A stretch of DNA of 60,360 nucleotides, counting the filler. It is 4 parts of 4 records of this genome, joined end to end, with 100 filler letters (N's around TTAATTAATTAA, not from the genome) between each part and the next. Parts side by side here need not be neighbours in the genome. Positions count along the whole stretch, not along the records: positions 1 to 26,981 come from SRR31156797_454; 3 more parts are not named here. The stretch is one strand, 5' to 3'. This document shows positions 8,502 to 19,935 of this stretch, one piece after another. How positions within the stretch are numbered: the stretch's first letter is position 1; the number at the start of each line of letters is the position of its first letter. Made by a program: the position numbers and the translations under genes. The notes beneath the pieces were generated by a model. The model was not told the DNA's origin. It made no database searches and saw nothing but the letters and a program-made list of their open reading frames with translations.

Positions 8502-10913
8502 CTATGGATAAAACGACTGCACAGTACACCCATCCCGCCCCCAACGACACGCAACTTGCCCGTGGCGAGAGGTTGTCAAAACCTCACCTCCAGCAACACG
8601 CACCACTTCAGGGTGCGGGAATCCATATCGATTGAGATATCCATTGGAACACAGGACGGTCTGTGGAGCTACGGCCTTATTAAACCGAGGATCAAGACTG
8701 CTCCGACTCCCGTGATGCGGCAAGACAAGGACCTCGGCCCTTATATCTTTTCCCTCAAGCAAAATGGCATCAATCCCAAACTTCTCAACATCCCCCGGCA
8801 ACAAAGCCAAAGCCCCCCTCTTCCACATCAACCGCATAACCAGTGACCGTTCATTGGCTTTACCGCTTTTAAATTGGGGCCCGGGATGCACAACTTCAAA
8901 AACTACATTATCCGTCAACGACACCACATCATGACTCGTCAGAGGCTGAGGATGAAGATGCTTCCGAGCCAAGACGCGCCGCATCCGCTCACCTGTCAGA
9001 CCTCGCGGCATCATGCCATTCGTATAAAACTCCCCAACCTGAAATCGATCGAAAATAAAAGGCAGACCATGACTGTGGTCCACATCAGGATGCGTCATAA
9101 AAACACCGTCCAGACGCGGAGGCCTACCATACGTCAAAGCTGGCGCCACGACGGCCTCCCCCAGATCAAAGGTTCGCGATCCGCCCCCGCCATCAACGAG
9201 CCACCGATGACCGCCGGGCAAAGAGACAACCAAAGCTTGTCCCAACCCGACGTCCAGCATGGTCAATTTCACTTCGTCTCGAGCATCGACAACCATCAAT
9301 GAAACGTGCGGGAAAACGAGCAAAACAAATCCAATGGCAGCCAACTCCACAGGAACTCGTCGAGAACTTCTCATAATGGAAACGACCACGATCAATAGAA
9401 CAGAACACCCCAACATTTCCGGCCATAATGGTCTCAGTACGGCAAAAACAGGCGTCAATCCGGCATTAGCAGCCCAAAATAATATGTTCAACAATACGTC
9501 CGCGACCTGTGAGGCCCACGCAAGGAGAACCCCGCCAAGGAATTGTGTCCAAGGGAAGACTATCAAAAGCATACCAGCCAATCCCAAAGGCATAATCACC
9601 AACCCAAGCATGGGCAGCCAAACCAAATTGAGCAAAATGTTCGGACTCATCGTTCCGAAATACCATGAAACAAGTGGTAACAATGCGATGTTTGCGCAGA
9701 CACTCATACAGACGATACCGATAGCTCCCCGAACAAGCTTACGAAGCCATGACCCATCGGCCAAGAACAAGAAACGAAAATGAGGATACATAAGGCCTAT
9801 GCCAGCCACGGCGACCACTGACATTTGCAAGCTCAAATCAAAAACAGCCATGGGGGTGATAAAAACGATGGTCAACAGGGCAAAAAAAAGCCCATCCATG
9901 AGAACTCTGCCCCGTCCCTGAAGCAAGAGAAATCCCCAGAATCCAAACATCGTGGCTGCCCGAATCAATGACGCAGAAGGTTGGCCGAGCCATGCATAAC
10001 CCAGCACCAATGGGGCAGCCATCAACACTGCCAGTTTGGGGCGGGGGAGGGATAGAAGTAACGGGGGATATATCCAACTCACGAGTAATGCCAAACCGAC
10101 CCCCATGGCCGCCACAAACCCCACATGCAAACCGGACAAGGCCAATGTATGAGCCAATCCCGCACTCCTGGTCGCGGTCATAGTGTCGCTTAAAAGCAGA
10201 GATTTATCGCCAGTAGTCAAAGCCAGAATCATGGCTCCGCCCTGCGTCTCAGGGACAGACTCTGCCACGGCATTCCGCAGTCGGGATTTCAACTGCCACA
10301 GAATATCATCGGGAGGCTCTCCCCATTGCAAGGGAGCTTTCCCTACAGGCCATGCTCGCCAAAAAACACCTTGGCGCTGCCAGTACCAACCATAATCCCA
10401 ACCACCGGGATTACCAAAACCACGCGCCGGAACAACTCGCAGTACAGCCTCGAGACTCTGCCCCGGCGAAGGTCTATACCAAGGAGGACGGATGGATAAC
10501 ACGAGTTTACCCGGCAAAGACTCTTCAACACCATCGACCATGCACCGCACATTACCAAGCACGACACGAAGCCGGTTGCTTGAACGAGGTTCCACCCGTT
10601 CTGCCACAGCCCGTACCATGATTGGCTTTCGACTCTCTGCCCATTCGGGTCTCTCGTGGGGTAATTCAGGTGTACGCTGAGAAGCATAACCAAAACCAAA
10701 GGCCGCACAGCAGATAAAAACCAGCAATGGCAAACGACACGCTTGGTCTCGCAACAGGCAATCGGCCAAATACACAATACCAAGCCCCGCTATGGCTGGA
10801 ACAGGATATTTGAAGGACACAATCCCGAGAACAAACACCAATCCATAGGATTGCCATGGCAACAATCCGGGAACGATTGATCGTGATGTCCAACAGGCTT
10901 TATCCATGGTCAC
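8502..10913 (-). CDS. comEC: DNA internalization competence protein ComEC/Rec2
   Basis: Multi-TM protein with GLAHTLALSGLHVG and SLIRA, plus a C-terminal MBL domain (DVGLGQA, THPDVDH, PHHGS, YGFPH). Confidence 0.93.
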   Translation of the reverse strand: MTMDKACWTSRSIVPGLLPWQSYGLVFVLGIVSFKYPVPAIAGLGIVYLADCLLRDQACRLPLLVFICCAAFGFGYASQRTPELPHERPEWAESRKPIMVRAVAERVEPRSSNRLRVVLGNVRCMVDGVEESLPGKLVLSIRPPWYRPSPGQSLEAVLRVVPARGFGNPGGWDYGWYWQRQGVFWRAWPVGKAPLQWGEPPDDILWQLKSRLRNAVAESVPETQGGAMILALTTGDKSLLLSDTMTATRSAGLAHTLALSGLHVGFVAAMGVGLALLVSWIYPPLLLSLPRPKLAVLMAAPLVLGYAWLGQPSASLIRAATMFGFWGFLLLQGRGRVLMDGLFFALLTIVFITPMAVFDLSLQMSVVAVAGIGLMYPHFRFLFLADGSWLRKLVRGAIGIVCMSVCANIALLPLVSWYFGTMSPNILLNLVWLPMLGLVIMPLGLAGMLLIVFPWTQFLGGVLLAWASQVADVLLNILFWAANAGLTPVFAVLRPLWPEMLGCSVLLIVVVSIMRSSRRVPVELAAIGFVLLVFPHVSLMVVDARDEVKLTMLDVGLGQALVVSLPGGHRWLVDGGGGSRTFDLGEAVVAPALTYGRPPRLDGVFMTHPDVDHSHGLPFIFDRFQVGEFYTNGMMPRGLTGERMRRVLARKHLHPQPLTSHDVVSLTDNVVFEVVHPGPQFKSGKANERSLVMRLMWKRGALALLPGDVEKFGIDAILLEGKDIRAEVLVLPHHGSRSSLDPRFNKAVAPQTVLCSNGYLNRYGFPHPEVVRVAGGEVLTTSRHGQVACRWGRDGCTVQSFYP

Positions 10914-11047
10914 TCGGCTTTCATCATAACGGTTGCAAAATTTTCCCCCGACAGCCTTGGAATTAACAGGAAGCTTTCACGTTATCCAGCATCCTTTCAA
11001 AAAGCATATGCCGTTCGTCTGTGAGACGATTCATCTGGAACGACAAC

Positions 11048-11080
11048 AAAAAACGACCGACATCACACGGATGTCGGTCG
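11048..11080 (-). terminator. Terminator after murA
   Basis: CGACCGACATC-N5-GATGTCGGTCG perfect 11-bp stem with T6 on the minus strand. Confidence 0.8.
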
Positions 11081-11106
11081 CTAAAATGATAGGTATATTT
11101 TAAGAA

Positions 11107-12363
11107 CTATCCGCTAACACGCTTGATACGTGCGCCCACACCGGAAAGCTTGGCTTCGATATTTTCGTAACCACGATCCAAATGATAGATACGTTCAATA
11201 GTAGTCGTCCCCTCGGCAGCCAGACCAGCCAGCACGAGAGATGCGCTCGCCCGCAAATCAGACGCCATAACCGGTGCTCCCCTGAGCTGATCCACGCCAT
11301 GAACCATGGCAGTACGCCCCTTGAGTCGAATATCGGCACCAAGGCGAACCAATTCGAGAACATGCATGAATCGATTCTCAAAGATTTTCTCCTCGATAAT
11401 CCCCGTCCCCTTACCAAGACACATGAGAGCCATGAGCTGGGCCTGCATATCGGTAGGGAATCCGGGATGAGGCAGCGTAGTCACATCCACATTTTCCAGC
11501 AGTCCATTGGCTCGACGAACAAGGACATAGCCTTCTTCCTCCTGCAACCAGACGCCCATTTCGCGCAGCTTGTAACTGACAGCATCCAAAGCATTAAACG
11601 GACAATCCAGAACTTCCAATTCACCACCAGTGATAGCAGCAGCAACCATATAAGTTCCGGCTTCAATACGATCCGGCATGACGCGATAATCACACCCAGA
11701 AAGGGAAGACACACCTTGGACCGTGATGACACTGGTTCCCTGCCCGGATATTTTCGCACCACAGGCATTGAGGAAATTCGCCAGGTCCTCGACCTCCGGC
11801 TCACGCGCCGCATTCTCGATAATACTCTCACCTTCAGCCAAACAAGCAGCCATAAGGATATTCTCAGTCCCGCCAACGGTTGGGAAATCCAAAGTGATCT
11901 TGGCCCCCTTGAGGCCGCCTTTGCAATGCCCTTTGATGTACCCTTCGGTAATTTCGAACTCGGCCCCCATACGTTCAAAGCCTCGCAGGTGAAGATCCAC
12001 CGGACGCGCACCAATGGCGCAACCGCCGGGGAGTGCAACTTTGGCTTCCCCCAGTCTGGCGAGGAGCGGTCCAAGACACAACACTGAAGCGCGCATGGTC
12101 TTGACGAGATCATACGGGGCTTCAGGTTTAAGCCCTGTACATAAACTCGTAACTTCGTTGTTTTCAAAAGAGGTTTCACAACCAAGAATATTCAAGAGTT
12201 TCAAAGAAGTTCTGATGTCAGCCAATTTGGGGACATTACTCAGATTGACCTGACCCTCCGCCAAAAGACATGCCATTAATATAGGCAGAGCCGCATTTTT
12301 AGCTCCGCTGACCTGAATACTTCCCTGAAGAGGAACGCCGCCTTCAATAATTAGTTTATCCAT
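11107..12363 (-). CDS. murA: UDP-N-acetylglucosamine 1-carboxyvinyltransferase
   Basis: [45 protein letters not shown]. Confidence 0.98.
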   Translation of the reverse strand: MDKLIIEGGVPLQGSIQVSGAKNAALPILMACLLAEGQVNLSNVPKLADIRTSLKLLNILGCETSFENNEVTSLCTGLKPEAPYDLVKTMRASVLCLGPLLARLGEAKVALPGGCAIGARPVDLHLRGFERMGAEFEITEGYIKGHCKGGLKGAKITLDFPTVGGTENILMAACLAEGESIIENAAREPEVEDLANFLNACGAKISGQGTSVITVQGVSSLSGCDYRVMPDRIEAGTYMVAAAITGGELEVLDCPFNALDAVSYKLREMGVWLQEEEGYVLVRRANGLLENVDVTTLPHPGFPTDMQAQLMALMCLGKGTGIIEEKIFENRFMHVLELVRLGADIRLKGRTAMVHGVDQLRGAPVMASDLRASASLVLAGLAAEGTTTIERIYHLDRGYENIEAKLSGVGARIKRVSG

Positions 12364-12431
12364 CTGTTACCTTTTTTTATTCTTTTGCTTGACCGTAGTA
12401 AAAAGCTTAGTTAAATACTGCCCCTCACACG

Positions 12432-12507
12432 GTGGGTGTAGCTCAGTTGGTAGAGCACCTGGTTGTGGCCCAGGTGGCCGTGGGTTCAAGTCCCATCACT
12501 CACCCCA
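12432..12507 (+). tRNA. tRNA-His (GTG)
   Basis: Cloverleaf GTGGGTG/CACTCAC, anticodon arm CCTGG-TTGTGGC-CCAGG, T-loop TTCAAGT, C discriminator, encoded CCA, G at -1 (12431). Confidence 0.96.
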
Positions 12508-12520
12508 AGTGACCATAATT

Positions 12521-12546
12521 GGACGGAACATCAGTTCCGTCCTTTT
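12521..12546 (+). terminator. Terminator after tRNA-His
   Basis: GGACGGAAC-ATCA-GTTCCGTCC followed by TTTT. Confidence 0.8.
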
Positions 12547-12656
12547 ATTTTGCCTGTTTTCCTCGCGGCAAGCCAGTCCAATCAGACCTCCTGCATTTGA
12601 GATCAGCCGAATTGCGACACCACGTGCCACTTTCTTGGTTTGGGAGCCCTTAATTT

Positions 12657-13832
12657 TCATAGCCCCAAGGCCTCCTGAAATTCTTTTTCCATCTTCGACG
12701 CAGCCTGTTTCAAAAGCGTCAATTGTTGAGGTCTAAACGCAATAGCTTGAGAAAAATCGCTGTAGACAGGCCATTCTTCAAGCATTTCATGATACATTTG
12801 AAGATGTTTATCTACATTCTTCACCGTAATCTCATCATCTCCATCAAGCATCGCCCCAAAAATAAAGTCGTTAACACCCTGCCCGTAGTGATTCTCGTCC
12901 TCATAGTTCGCATTATTATTCACAATTCCCTTAAGCGTAACGAACGAAAACAATTTGACGTTGGGCAAATCAGAAATCTCTGAAGTAAGCGCTTTGATAT
13001 ATATCGGATACAACGCCCATGCATTGTCACCCAAACTGGTAATGAGAGAAACCGGTGGAATAAAAAAAGAAAACTCAACACTCGGATACTCAACAGCCAA
13101 CGACAACATTCTTTTAAAATTCTCAAAAGAAGGCGCCCCAATCTTCCTTCCTGTACCGATCACTTTTCGTTGATTTGTTACATAATCATCCCGGTCGCCC
13201 ATTTTTTTCAAAGAATTATAAAGCAAAAATCGCCCCTTAACGACATGCTCATTCATCCACTGATTATATGTTACAACAGTCTGATCATTAAACGCTCCAT
13301 TCTTCAACAGATCGAACGTCAACGCACTGGTATTACCGTTTAACAAATAACTGATGGAACCGACGAAATCACTTTTTTTTGCGGTATACAATTTTTCGGG
13401 AAACCCCTTTGTCGATCGAAAAGGCGTGGGGTTGTCTTCCATATAAACCCTATTCCGAAGTTCCCAAAAAACTTTTTTTACTCGTCCGGTTTCCAGCGCA
13501 GCCTGAGCTTCAAGATAATGTTCCTTCCAGTATCCCCCAAACATGGTCAACCGAATAGGCTTTACTGAATGATTGCCATATTTCTTTGAAATATCGAAAT
13601 TTTCAGAAAGAGATGTGCCTATAATAACAGCATCATAATCAAAGGGGCCGTCCAGATAAGACCGAATAAGACCACTATTCTGAAGCCGCGGATTTTTGTA
13701 AAATCCAATTGATTCATTACAAGCAAAAAACTGCAAAGGATCAACACAATAATTAGCTATAGCCACCACACTCAAAAAAAGAACAGGGACGATGCAAACA
13801 AACAGCGCATGTTTTTTGTAATTTGAACTCAT
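12657..13832 (-). CDS. Membrane-anchored SGNH-like (AlgJ/DltD-like) partner of MBOAT
   Basis: N-terminal TM followed by NYCVDP, IIGTS (GxS nucleophile-like) and YEDENHY (DxxH). Starts 1 nt after the MBOAT stop. Confidence 0.6.
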   Translation of the reverse strand: MSSNYKKHALFVCIVPVLFLSVVAIANYCVDPLQFFACNESIGFYKNPRLQNSGLIRSYLDGPFDYDAVIIGTSLSENFDISKKYGNHSVKPIRLTMFGGYWKEHYLEAQAALETGRVKKVFWELRNRVYMEDNPTPFRSTKGFPEKLYTAKKSDFVGSISYLLNGNTSALTFDLLKNGAFNDQTVVTYNQWMNEHVVKGRFLLYNSLKKMGDRDDYVTNQRKVIGTGRKIGAPSFENFKRMLSLAVEYPSVEFSFFIPPVSLITSLGDNAWALYPIYIKALTSEISDLPNVKLFSFVTLKGIVNNNANYEDENHYGQGVNDFIFGAMLDGDDEITVKNVDKHLQMYHEMLEEWPVYSDFSQAIAFRPQQLTLLKQAASKMEKEFQEALGL

Positions 13833-13833
13833 A

Positions 13834-15291
13834 TTAAAATTGCCAGTAAATAAATTCGCTGATTCGCTGGTGTTGCAGACTCACGATTATCGCTGTGATG
13901 AACAGTGCACAATTTGCCATAGACCATTTCCACTCCGCCCGAATATGACGAACCCACTGTTGGCTGTTACGAAAGAAAATATCCTGCAAAACCAAAAACA
14001 GAATAAAAATAAGACCAATACTGACCACAAAAGGAGAATCCACCACATTTGCTCCGAACTGCTCAGCCCACCTGAAAGTCCGTGAAACAGTCACACCGTG
14101 CATCCCCACCATTCCCGCAAGCACATCAAAGGCATCATGCATGGAATCAGCCCTAAAGAACACCCAGGCCATATTCACAAACAAAAAAGTCATCAGCCAT
14201 GCCAACGGCCTGTAAATCCCAACTCCCAACTTTTTCCAAAACCGCACAACACAAATGCCGACCCCATGCAGGATGCCCCACAAAACATAGGTCCATCCTG
14301 CTCCATGCCAAATACCGCCAACAAAAAAAACGATAAAAAGGTTACGATAGACACTGGCTTCCCCTACTCGGTTCCCTCCAAGCGGAAAGTATATATATTC
14401 ACGTAGGAAACGGGACAAAGTGATGTGCCATCGACGCCAAAAATCCTGCACATCAAGCGCTCGATATGGCGAATCAAAATTGATGGGTAATCGAATATTA
14501 AATAAAAGCCCGATGCCGATAGCCATATCCGCATAGCCGGAAAAATCAAAATAGAGCTGAAGAGTATAACTGAGACTGGTTCTCCACGCTTCAAAAAACT
14601 GAATATGACCGGTATCTGCATACCCCGCAATAGCCCACTGAGCAAAGGTATCGGCTATTACAATTTTCTTAAATAAACCAATGATAAACAGCGTCAGCCC
14701 TTGATATATATTCTCCCAATTCAATATTTTATTCGTCAAATCCTTGAACTGCGGCATCATTTCCCGATGGTGCACGATCGGTCCGGCGATCAACTGAGGG
14801 AAAAAGCAAACAAACAAAGCGTATCGTCTAAACTTATACTCATCCGCCACACCTGAAAACGAATCATTCAAATAAGCGATCTGCTGAAAAGTAAAAAAAC
14901 TGATCGCCAATGGAAGGATAATTGTATCAATCGTAATATTTGATCCAACCAAAACATTGACATTATCTATAATAAAATTCGTATACTTAAAATAGACCAA
15001 AAGCAGAATATTAAAACATACTCCGACATAAAACACCGCTTTCCGTCTTGACACATTCCTGTCAGCAAAACGGCCACCCCAATTGGTAAGCAATGTCCCA
15101 AACCCATAATTTATGACAATAGACGACAAAATGATAAAAATATTATCGACTTTGTAATAAGCGTAAAAAACGAGAGAAAATAGAATGAGTGCGACTTCAG
15201 CAAATTCCGGATGTTTCTTGGAAAGTGCGAAAAAGACAAATACGGAAAGTGGTAGAAAAATAAAAATAAATTCGAACGAATAAAACAGCAT
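13834..15291 (-). CDS. MBOAT family O-acyltransferase (AlgI/PatA/DltB-like)
   Basis: LPLAISFFTFQQIAY, FFPQLIAGPIV, QLYFDFSGYADMA, FWRRWHITLS, GIWHGA, EFIYWQF. Confidence 0.93.
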   Translation of the reverse strand: MLFYSFEFIFIFLPLSVFVFFALSKKHPEFAEVALILFSLVFYAYYKVDNIFIILSSIVINYGFGTLLTNWGGRFADRNVSRRKAVFYVGVCFNILLLVYFKYTNFIIDNVNVLVGSNITIDTIILPLAISFFTFQQIAYLNDSFSGVADEYKFRRYALFVCFFPQLIAGPIVHHREMMPQFKDLTNKILNWENIYQGLTLFIIGLFKKIVIADTFAQWAIAGYADTGHIQFFEAWRTSLSYTLQLYFDFSGYADMAIGIGLLFNIRLPINFDSPYRALDVQDFWRRWHITLSRFLREYIYFPLGGNRVGEASVYRNLFIVFFVGGIWHGAGWTYVLWGILHGVGICVVRFWKKLGVGIYRPLAWLMTFLFVNMAWVFFRADSMHDAFDVLAGMVGMHGVTVSRTFRWAEQFGANVVDSPFVVSIGLIFILFLVLQDIFFRNSQQWVRHIRAEWKWSMANCALFITAIIVSLQHQRISEFIYWQF

Positions 15292-15402
15292 GAAATATTT
15301 GATTCCTAGTTAGGTCGCTCCCTAACAAGGAAAACGTCCATTATCAGTTGCATCATGTCAGGAATACGGAGTCGTGAAAGCCCTTTCCGCAATCAAAACC
15401 TT

Positions 15403-16113
15403 CTACTCAGCGGCCTTTGCCGTGTCCAGCAGTTCACGCAAACGCTTTGCAGCTTCAGGTTGAATTTTTTGTTCCAAAAGAATGGCTCGTGGTCCACCAC
15501 CTTTCACGCCGGTGTATGCTTCGTTCAAAACCGTCCGGTCAGTGAAACCACCGCTATTGACGGCCAACCCCGCATACAATCCACTCCGCTCTCCCACAAA
15601 ATACACGTCACCGGATTCATAAAACTCATCAGTTTCATGAATTTCATAATCAATATTGAGAACAATCAGGCGGGCATGGGCCTGCAAAATGGCACCTGTC
15701 AGCAACATGTAACGGACATCGTCCTCATGCATAAACAAGACGACACCAGATTGTTTTGAAACCCCAGCCTGAAATCCGAACCCAACAGATCCTTTGGTCA
15801 TAAAAACCGGACCGGTCCAGCCTTCATCCGTCGAAGCCATCAAAACAGCGTTGCCACCACCTATGGACACAAGCAGGCTCGCCTCGCCAATGGCGGGAAT
15901 GATCAACACGCCCTTGGCCTTGTCGATCATCTTGCCGATGACACCTTCGTGATCATTTCGAATCGTCGTTTCAAGGACGTTCGCAGCCTCATCCACCAGT
16001 GCATTTGCAGCGGCAATATCACCGTCTGCGCCACGGGTGGATTTCCCGGCGCATCCAGCCATCAGGACGAATCCCAGTATCAGGAGCCAAATAAAACAGT
16101 GACGTGTATCCAT
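15403..16113 (-). CDS. Lipid-binding SYLF (Ysc84-like) lipoprotein
   Basis: Lipobox MAGC. AKGVLIIP...GGGNAVL...WTGPVF...GSVGFGFQAG...GLYAG. Confidence 0.82.
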   Translation of the reverse strand: MDTRHCFIWLLILGFVLMAGCAGKSTRGADGDIAAANALVDEAANVLETTIRNDHEGVIGKMIDKAKGVLIIPAIGEASLLVSIGGGNAVLMASTDEGWTGPVFMTKGSVGFGFQAGVSKQSGVVLFMHEDDVRYMLLTGAILQAHARLIVLNIDYEIHETDEFYESGDVYFVGERSGLYAGLAVNSGGFTDRTVLNEAYTGVKGGGPRAILLEQKIQPEAAKRLRELLDTAKAAE

Positions 16114-16144
16114 GAGAATGGCCTAAAGGGAGTGTGTCCCTGTG

Positions 16145-18052
16145 TCAAGAACGTTTGCGGAGATGACGTACGTCTCCAACGCGAACCGTCAATTTCTCTT
16201 TATCAAAATACTCCAGTATCGGAATAAGATACTTACGCGAGAGCCCTGTTATTTCCTTGCAGTCAGGGGCGGACATTTCTTGATTATCCGCAAAAAAAGC
16301 AACTATCCGGCCTTGAAGGTCATCCAAAGCCGCCTTGTGATAATACATGTCACCTTTGATGCGTACCAACTCCCCTTGTTCCTGCAACAACTTCAAGACA
16401 CCAGAAGCCTGCTTGAAATCCATGCCTAGTGGTTCAAGTACATCCTTGAGATTGGGCGGAGTACCGCCTCCTTTGGTATAGGCTCCAAGAATAGTCTCTC
16501 GCACTTTTTCCTGATCTGAAGCCAACGAGACCTTGTGCCCCTTCAGCTTAAGTAATTCCTGTTCGGCGACAATCTCGCCAGCCTTAAGCATTCGTTCAAC
16601 CACAAAATGAAATAATTTGGGAGGCAAATTATTGCCCCAAGAGGAAGCCAGTTCACCTCGTTGCACACCGGGCTTCATGGAATCCCTGGCATGAAAATCT
16701 TTCAAGAAAACCAGCAAACTCTCGCCAAGTGACGCCGCCAGCTGCCCGCCGGCATACCGACGCGTTTCCTTGTCAAACAACACGGACTTCTGCTGACCAC
16801 CAAGTAGTCCCAAAGTCTTCTCCAACCCCTTTGTTTCCAGATTGGTCATGGTCAGTAGTTGTGCGAAGGTCAATCCGACAGGACCTGCCAACTCCAATTG
16901 GGCTGCTGCCACATCTTCGGGCGTCTCGGCAGCAAGTTGCTGCATAAGCTCCACCTTGTCCGAGAATCGTTTTATAGTATGTCCGACTGGTCCTATAACC
17001 CGACCACCGGCAAAGGCCCTTAGCGGGGAAAATGCGCGCAAAACGATACGGTCACCGTACACTGCGGCCAAGGGCTCCGAAAAACGGACCTGACAGACGC
17101 ACGTCTCACCAGGTTTTAGGTCTTCTCGATCCAACAGATAGACACGAGCCAGCACTTCACGCGCACCGTGATGAAAATGAATTTCCCGCCGATGCTTGAG
17201 CGGCAGGTGTGAAGATTCCAGAACGGTTAATTCGATGTCCCATACCGTAGAAGGGAACAATGACCCCGGGCGAGCCAACACATCTCCCCGCCTGATATCG
17301 TCCACTTCCAGCCCATGCACATTAATGGCAGTCCGTCGTCCGGCCTGAGCTGTCTCCACGGTCTCACCATGCGATTGCAGACTGCGCACCTTGGTTTCTG
17401 TCCCTGTCGGGTAAAGGATAATATCCTCACCAACGGAAACGGAACCGGAAACCATAGTCCCAGTGACCACAGTACCATGTCCTTTCATGGTAAACACACG
17501 ATCAACGGGCAAACGGAATAAATCCGAACGACGACGCGGCTTGAATTCTGCCATCAAGGCCCGCAACTGATCCTTGAGCGCATCCAGTCCATCACCAGTA
17601 TGTGCAGACACTGGAATAATCGGTGCACCAGCAAGAAATGTCGGTTCAAGATAAGACGCAACTTCTTCTTCCACCATCTCCAACCATTCCGCATCCACCA
17701 TGTCAGTCTTGGTCAAAGCAACAACGCCGGTGGTTACACCAAGCAACTGACAAATTTCCAAATGCTCACGGGTCTGGGGCATAATCCCCTCATCCGCAGC
17801 AATGACCAAAACTACAAAATCAATCCCGGCGGCACCGGCCACCATATTTTTTACGAATTTTTCATGGCCAGGGACATCGACAATCCCCAACCTGCTACCC
17901 TCTCCCAAATCAAGAAAAGCAAAACCAAGTTCTATGGTGATACCGCGTTTTTTCTCTTCTGATAATCGATCACAATCGATACCGGTAAGCGCTTTGATAA
18001 GAGTTGTCTTTCCGTGGTCGATATGACCGGCTGTTCCCATGATAACGGGCAT
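16145..18052 (-). CDS. selB: Selenocysteine-specific elongation factor
   Basis: [28 protein letters not shown], and C-terminal winged helix [15 protein letters not shown]. Confidence 0.97.
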   Translation of the reverse strand: MPVIMGTAGHIDHGKTTLIKALTGIDCDRLSEEKKRGITIELGFAFLDLGEGSRLGIVDVPGHEKFVKNMVAGAAGIDFVVLVIAADEGIMPQTREHLEICQLLGVTTGVVALTKTDMVDAEWLEMVEEEVASYLEPTFLAGAPIIPVSAHTGDGLDALKDQLRALMAEFKPRRRSDLFRLPVDRVFTMKGHGTVVTGTMVSGSVSVGEDIILYPTGTETKVRSLQSHGETVETAQAGRRTAINVHGLEVDDIRRGDVLARPGSLFPSTVWDIELTVLESSHLPLKHRREIHFHHGAREVLARVYLLDREDLKPGETCVCQVRFSEPLAAVYGDRIVLRAFSPLRAFAGGRVIGPVGHTIKRFSDKVELMQQLAAETPEDVAAAQLELAGPVGLTFAQLLTMTNLETKGLEKTLGLLGGQQKSVLFDKETRRYAGGQLAASLGESLLVFLKDFHARDSMKPGVQRGELASSWGNNLPPKLFHFVVERMLKAGEIVAEQELLKLKGHKVSLASDQEKVRETILGAYTKGGGTPPNLKDVLEPLGMDFKQASGVLKLLQEQGELVRIKGDMYYHKAALDDLQGRIVAFFADNQEMSAPDCKEITGLSRKYLIPILEYFDKEKLTVRVGDVRHLRKRS

Positions 18053-18268
18053 ATATGGTAATCCTTGACTATCTGTTTTTCATTACAACGAGAACTCGGA
18101 TAATAGGGAAAAACACGCTTCGCCACAAGAGCACAAAACAAGCTCTCAACTTTAAAGTCGAAACACAATTCAACACTAGATACAACTTCCCTAAAAAAAT
18201 TGACCAAATTCCCCCATTTAATATAAAACTATACTACTTAATAAATTTAATATTCGAAGAGGGGACTC

Positions 18269-19168
18269 ATGTGTACTGCAAAAAGAATCACACGAACCGC
18301 ACTGTTCACAGTGCTGTTTATCTGCATTGCCCAGATACCAGCCTTCGCGACTGACACACAAATCGGGGAAGTCATTGCCATGGCAGGAACCGTCATTGCA
18401 GAACAACCTAACGGGACTAGTCGTCAACTTGAACTGAATCAACCGATTATCACTCAGGATACCATCGCCACTGGAACAAAAAGTTCCATCGAAATTCTTT
18501 TCAAAGACGAATCAGTCTATTCCCAAGGTCCGGATTCCCGAATCTCATTAGATAATTTTGTTTATTCAACTAACGTATCAGCATCAAAACTCCTTTTCAA
18601 AATGGGCGAAGGAACTTTCAGATACGTAACCGGACAAATTGTTAAAACAAACCCGGATGCATTCGCACTTCAGACCCCCACTACCACCATAGGCATCAGA
18701 GGCACCGAAGTTTTTGCGATTGTCACTCCCGACAAAGAAGAAATCGGCAATACGAAACTCAGTAAAAAACACACTATGACCGTTGGCGATAAAACACTAA
18801 ATATACCACGAACCTCGGTTAACGTTAATCCTCAGACCGGCGCCGTATCCGACCCAACTCCAGTTTCTCAAGAAACCATCAATAAAATCGTGAAGGCAGC
18901 TCCAATGACATCTCTGGGCGAACTCGGCAATCCTGGTCCAAAGAAAGATCTCGAACGCAAAGTACAATCTTTCAAACAGCAGATAGAACGGAACAAGGAA
19001 AGTCTCGATGGTTTAAGTAATAAACCTGATTACGAAAAACTTCACAGAATCAAAGTTCAAAAAACCAATCAAGAGACAACAGAAAAAGACCGAGATAGTG
19101 GTGGCAACTCCGGAGACCTTGGCGGCGGTGAAGGTGGTGGTGATGGCGGTGGTGGTGGGGGACATTAA
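18269..19168 (+). CDS. Secreted FecR-domain protein, copy 1
   Basis: Signal peptide (..AFA). IGEV...DTIATG...ILFKDES...GTFRYVTGQIVK...TPTTTIGIRGT is the FecR-domain signature. Gly-rich tail. Confidence 0.82.
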   Translation: MCTAKRITRTALFTVLFICIAQIPAFATDTQIGEVIAMAGTVIAEQPNGTSRQLELNQPIITQDTIATGTKSSIEILFKDESVYSQGPDSRISLDNFVYSTNVSASKLLFKMGEGTFRYVTGQIVKTNPDAFALQTPTTTIGIRGTEVFAIVTPDKEEIGNTKLSKKHTMTVGDKTLNIPRTSVNVNPQTGAVSDPTPVSQETINKIVKAAPMTSLGELGNPGPKKDLERKVQSFKQQIERNKESLDGLSNKPDYEKLHRIKVQKTNQETTEKDRDSGGNSGDLGGGEGGGDGGGGGGH

Positions 19169-19222
19169 AAACCGATTGCAAACACTTGCTTCCAGCAACA
19201 TTCGAAGACAAGGATAAAAACA

Positions 19223-19774
19223 ATGAAAATACGCTTCATACAACACGCATTGCTCCTGACCATGATAGCTCTCTTTACAGGCGGATGTGTCGTCATGGCA
19301 CAAATGGCCGAAAAGCAAGGAGACAAAGCCTACCAACAACAAAACTACACAACGGCCTTTGAGCATTATACTGAAGCAGCCCAAAGCGGCAGCGCCACAG
19401 CTCAATATCACCTCGCAGTCATGCATGCTGAGGGGCTGGGAACTCAAGAGGACATGAACAAAGCCGCAAAGCTGCTACAACAAGCTTCCGCGCAAGGTCA
19501 AAAAGATGCACAACTCATGCTCGGCCTTTTCTACGTGTATGGAGATGGTGTACAACAAGATCCAATCAAAGGAGCGGAATGGATCAAAACTTCCGCAGAG
19601 AATGGCAATGATATAGCTATGTACTACCTCGGCAACCTTTATGCTACGGGCCTGGGCGTAACTAAAGACATCCCTTCTGCGTTATATTGGATGAAACAAG
19701 CAAAGAATTCCGGATTTCCGGTCAAAAATGAATATCTGACCGAGGCAGGCCTCACTTCCCTTTATCAAAAGTAA
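19223..19774 (+). CDS. Sel1-like repeat lipoprotein, copy 1
   Basis: Lipobox FTGGC. Three SLR repeats: AQYHLAVMHAEGLG, AQLMLGLFYVYGDG, AMYYLGNLYATGLG. Confidence 0.88.
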   Translation: MKIRFIQHALLLTMIALFTGGCVVMAQMAEKQGDKAYQQQNYTTAFEHYTEAAQSGSATAQYHLAVMHAEGLGTQEDMNKAAKLLQQASAQGQKDAQLMLGLFYVYGDGVQQDPIKGAEWIKTSAENGNDIAMYYLGNLYATGLGVTKDIPSALYWMKQAKNSGFPVKNEYLTEAGLTSLYQK

Positions 19775-19807
19775 ATACTATTTTCGTCGGTTCCAAAACT
19801 CTCATGG

Positions 19808-19839
19808 GGTGCAAACAATAATGTTTGGACCCTTTTTTT
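19808..19839 (+). terminator. Putative terminator after Sel1 copy 1
   Basis: GGGTGCAAACA...TGTTTGGACCC followed by a T tract. Confidence 0.6.
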
Positions 19840-19935
19840 CATCACAGAGTGACAATTATAATAGTTTCATATAAGTCCAGTATGATATTTTTTTCTTAAC
19901 CAATATAAACACTTAATCTGTGGAGTTATTATTTC

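Noticed and set aside
11182-12185. Long antisense and alternative-frame ORFs over murA (similar ones over metG, hrpA and folC)
   Set aside because: Shadow ORFs of conserved genes, with no recognisable motifs.
19097-19165. GGT/GGC tandem repeat
   Set aside because: It encodes the Gly-rich tail of FecR copy 1 and is not a CRISPR or VNTR element.
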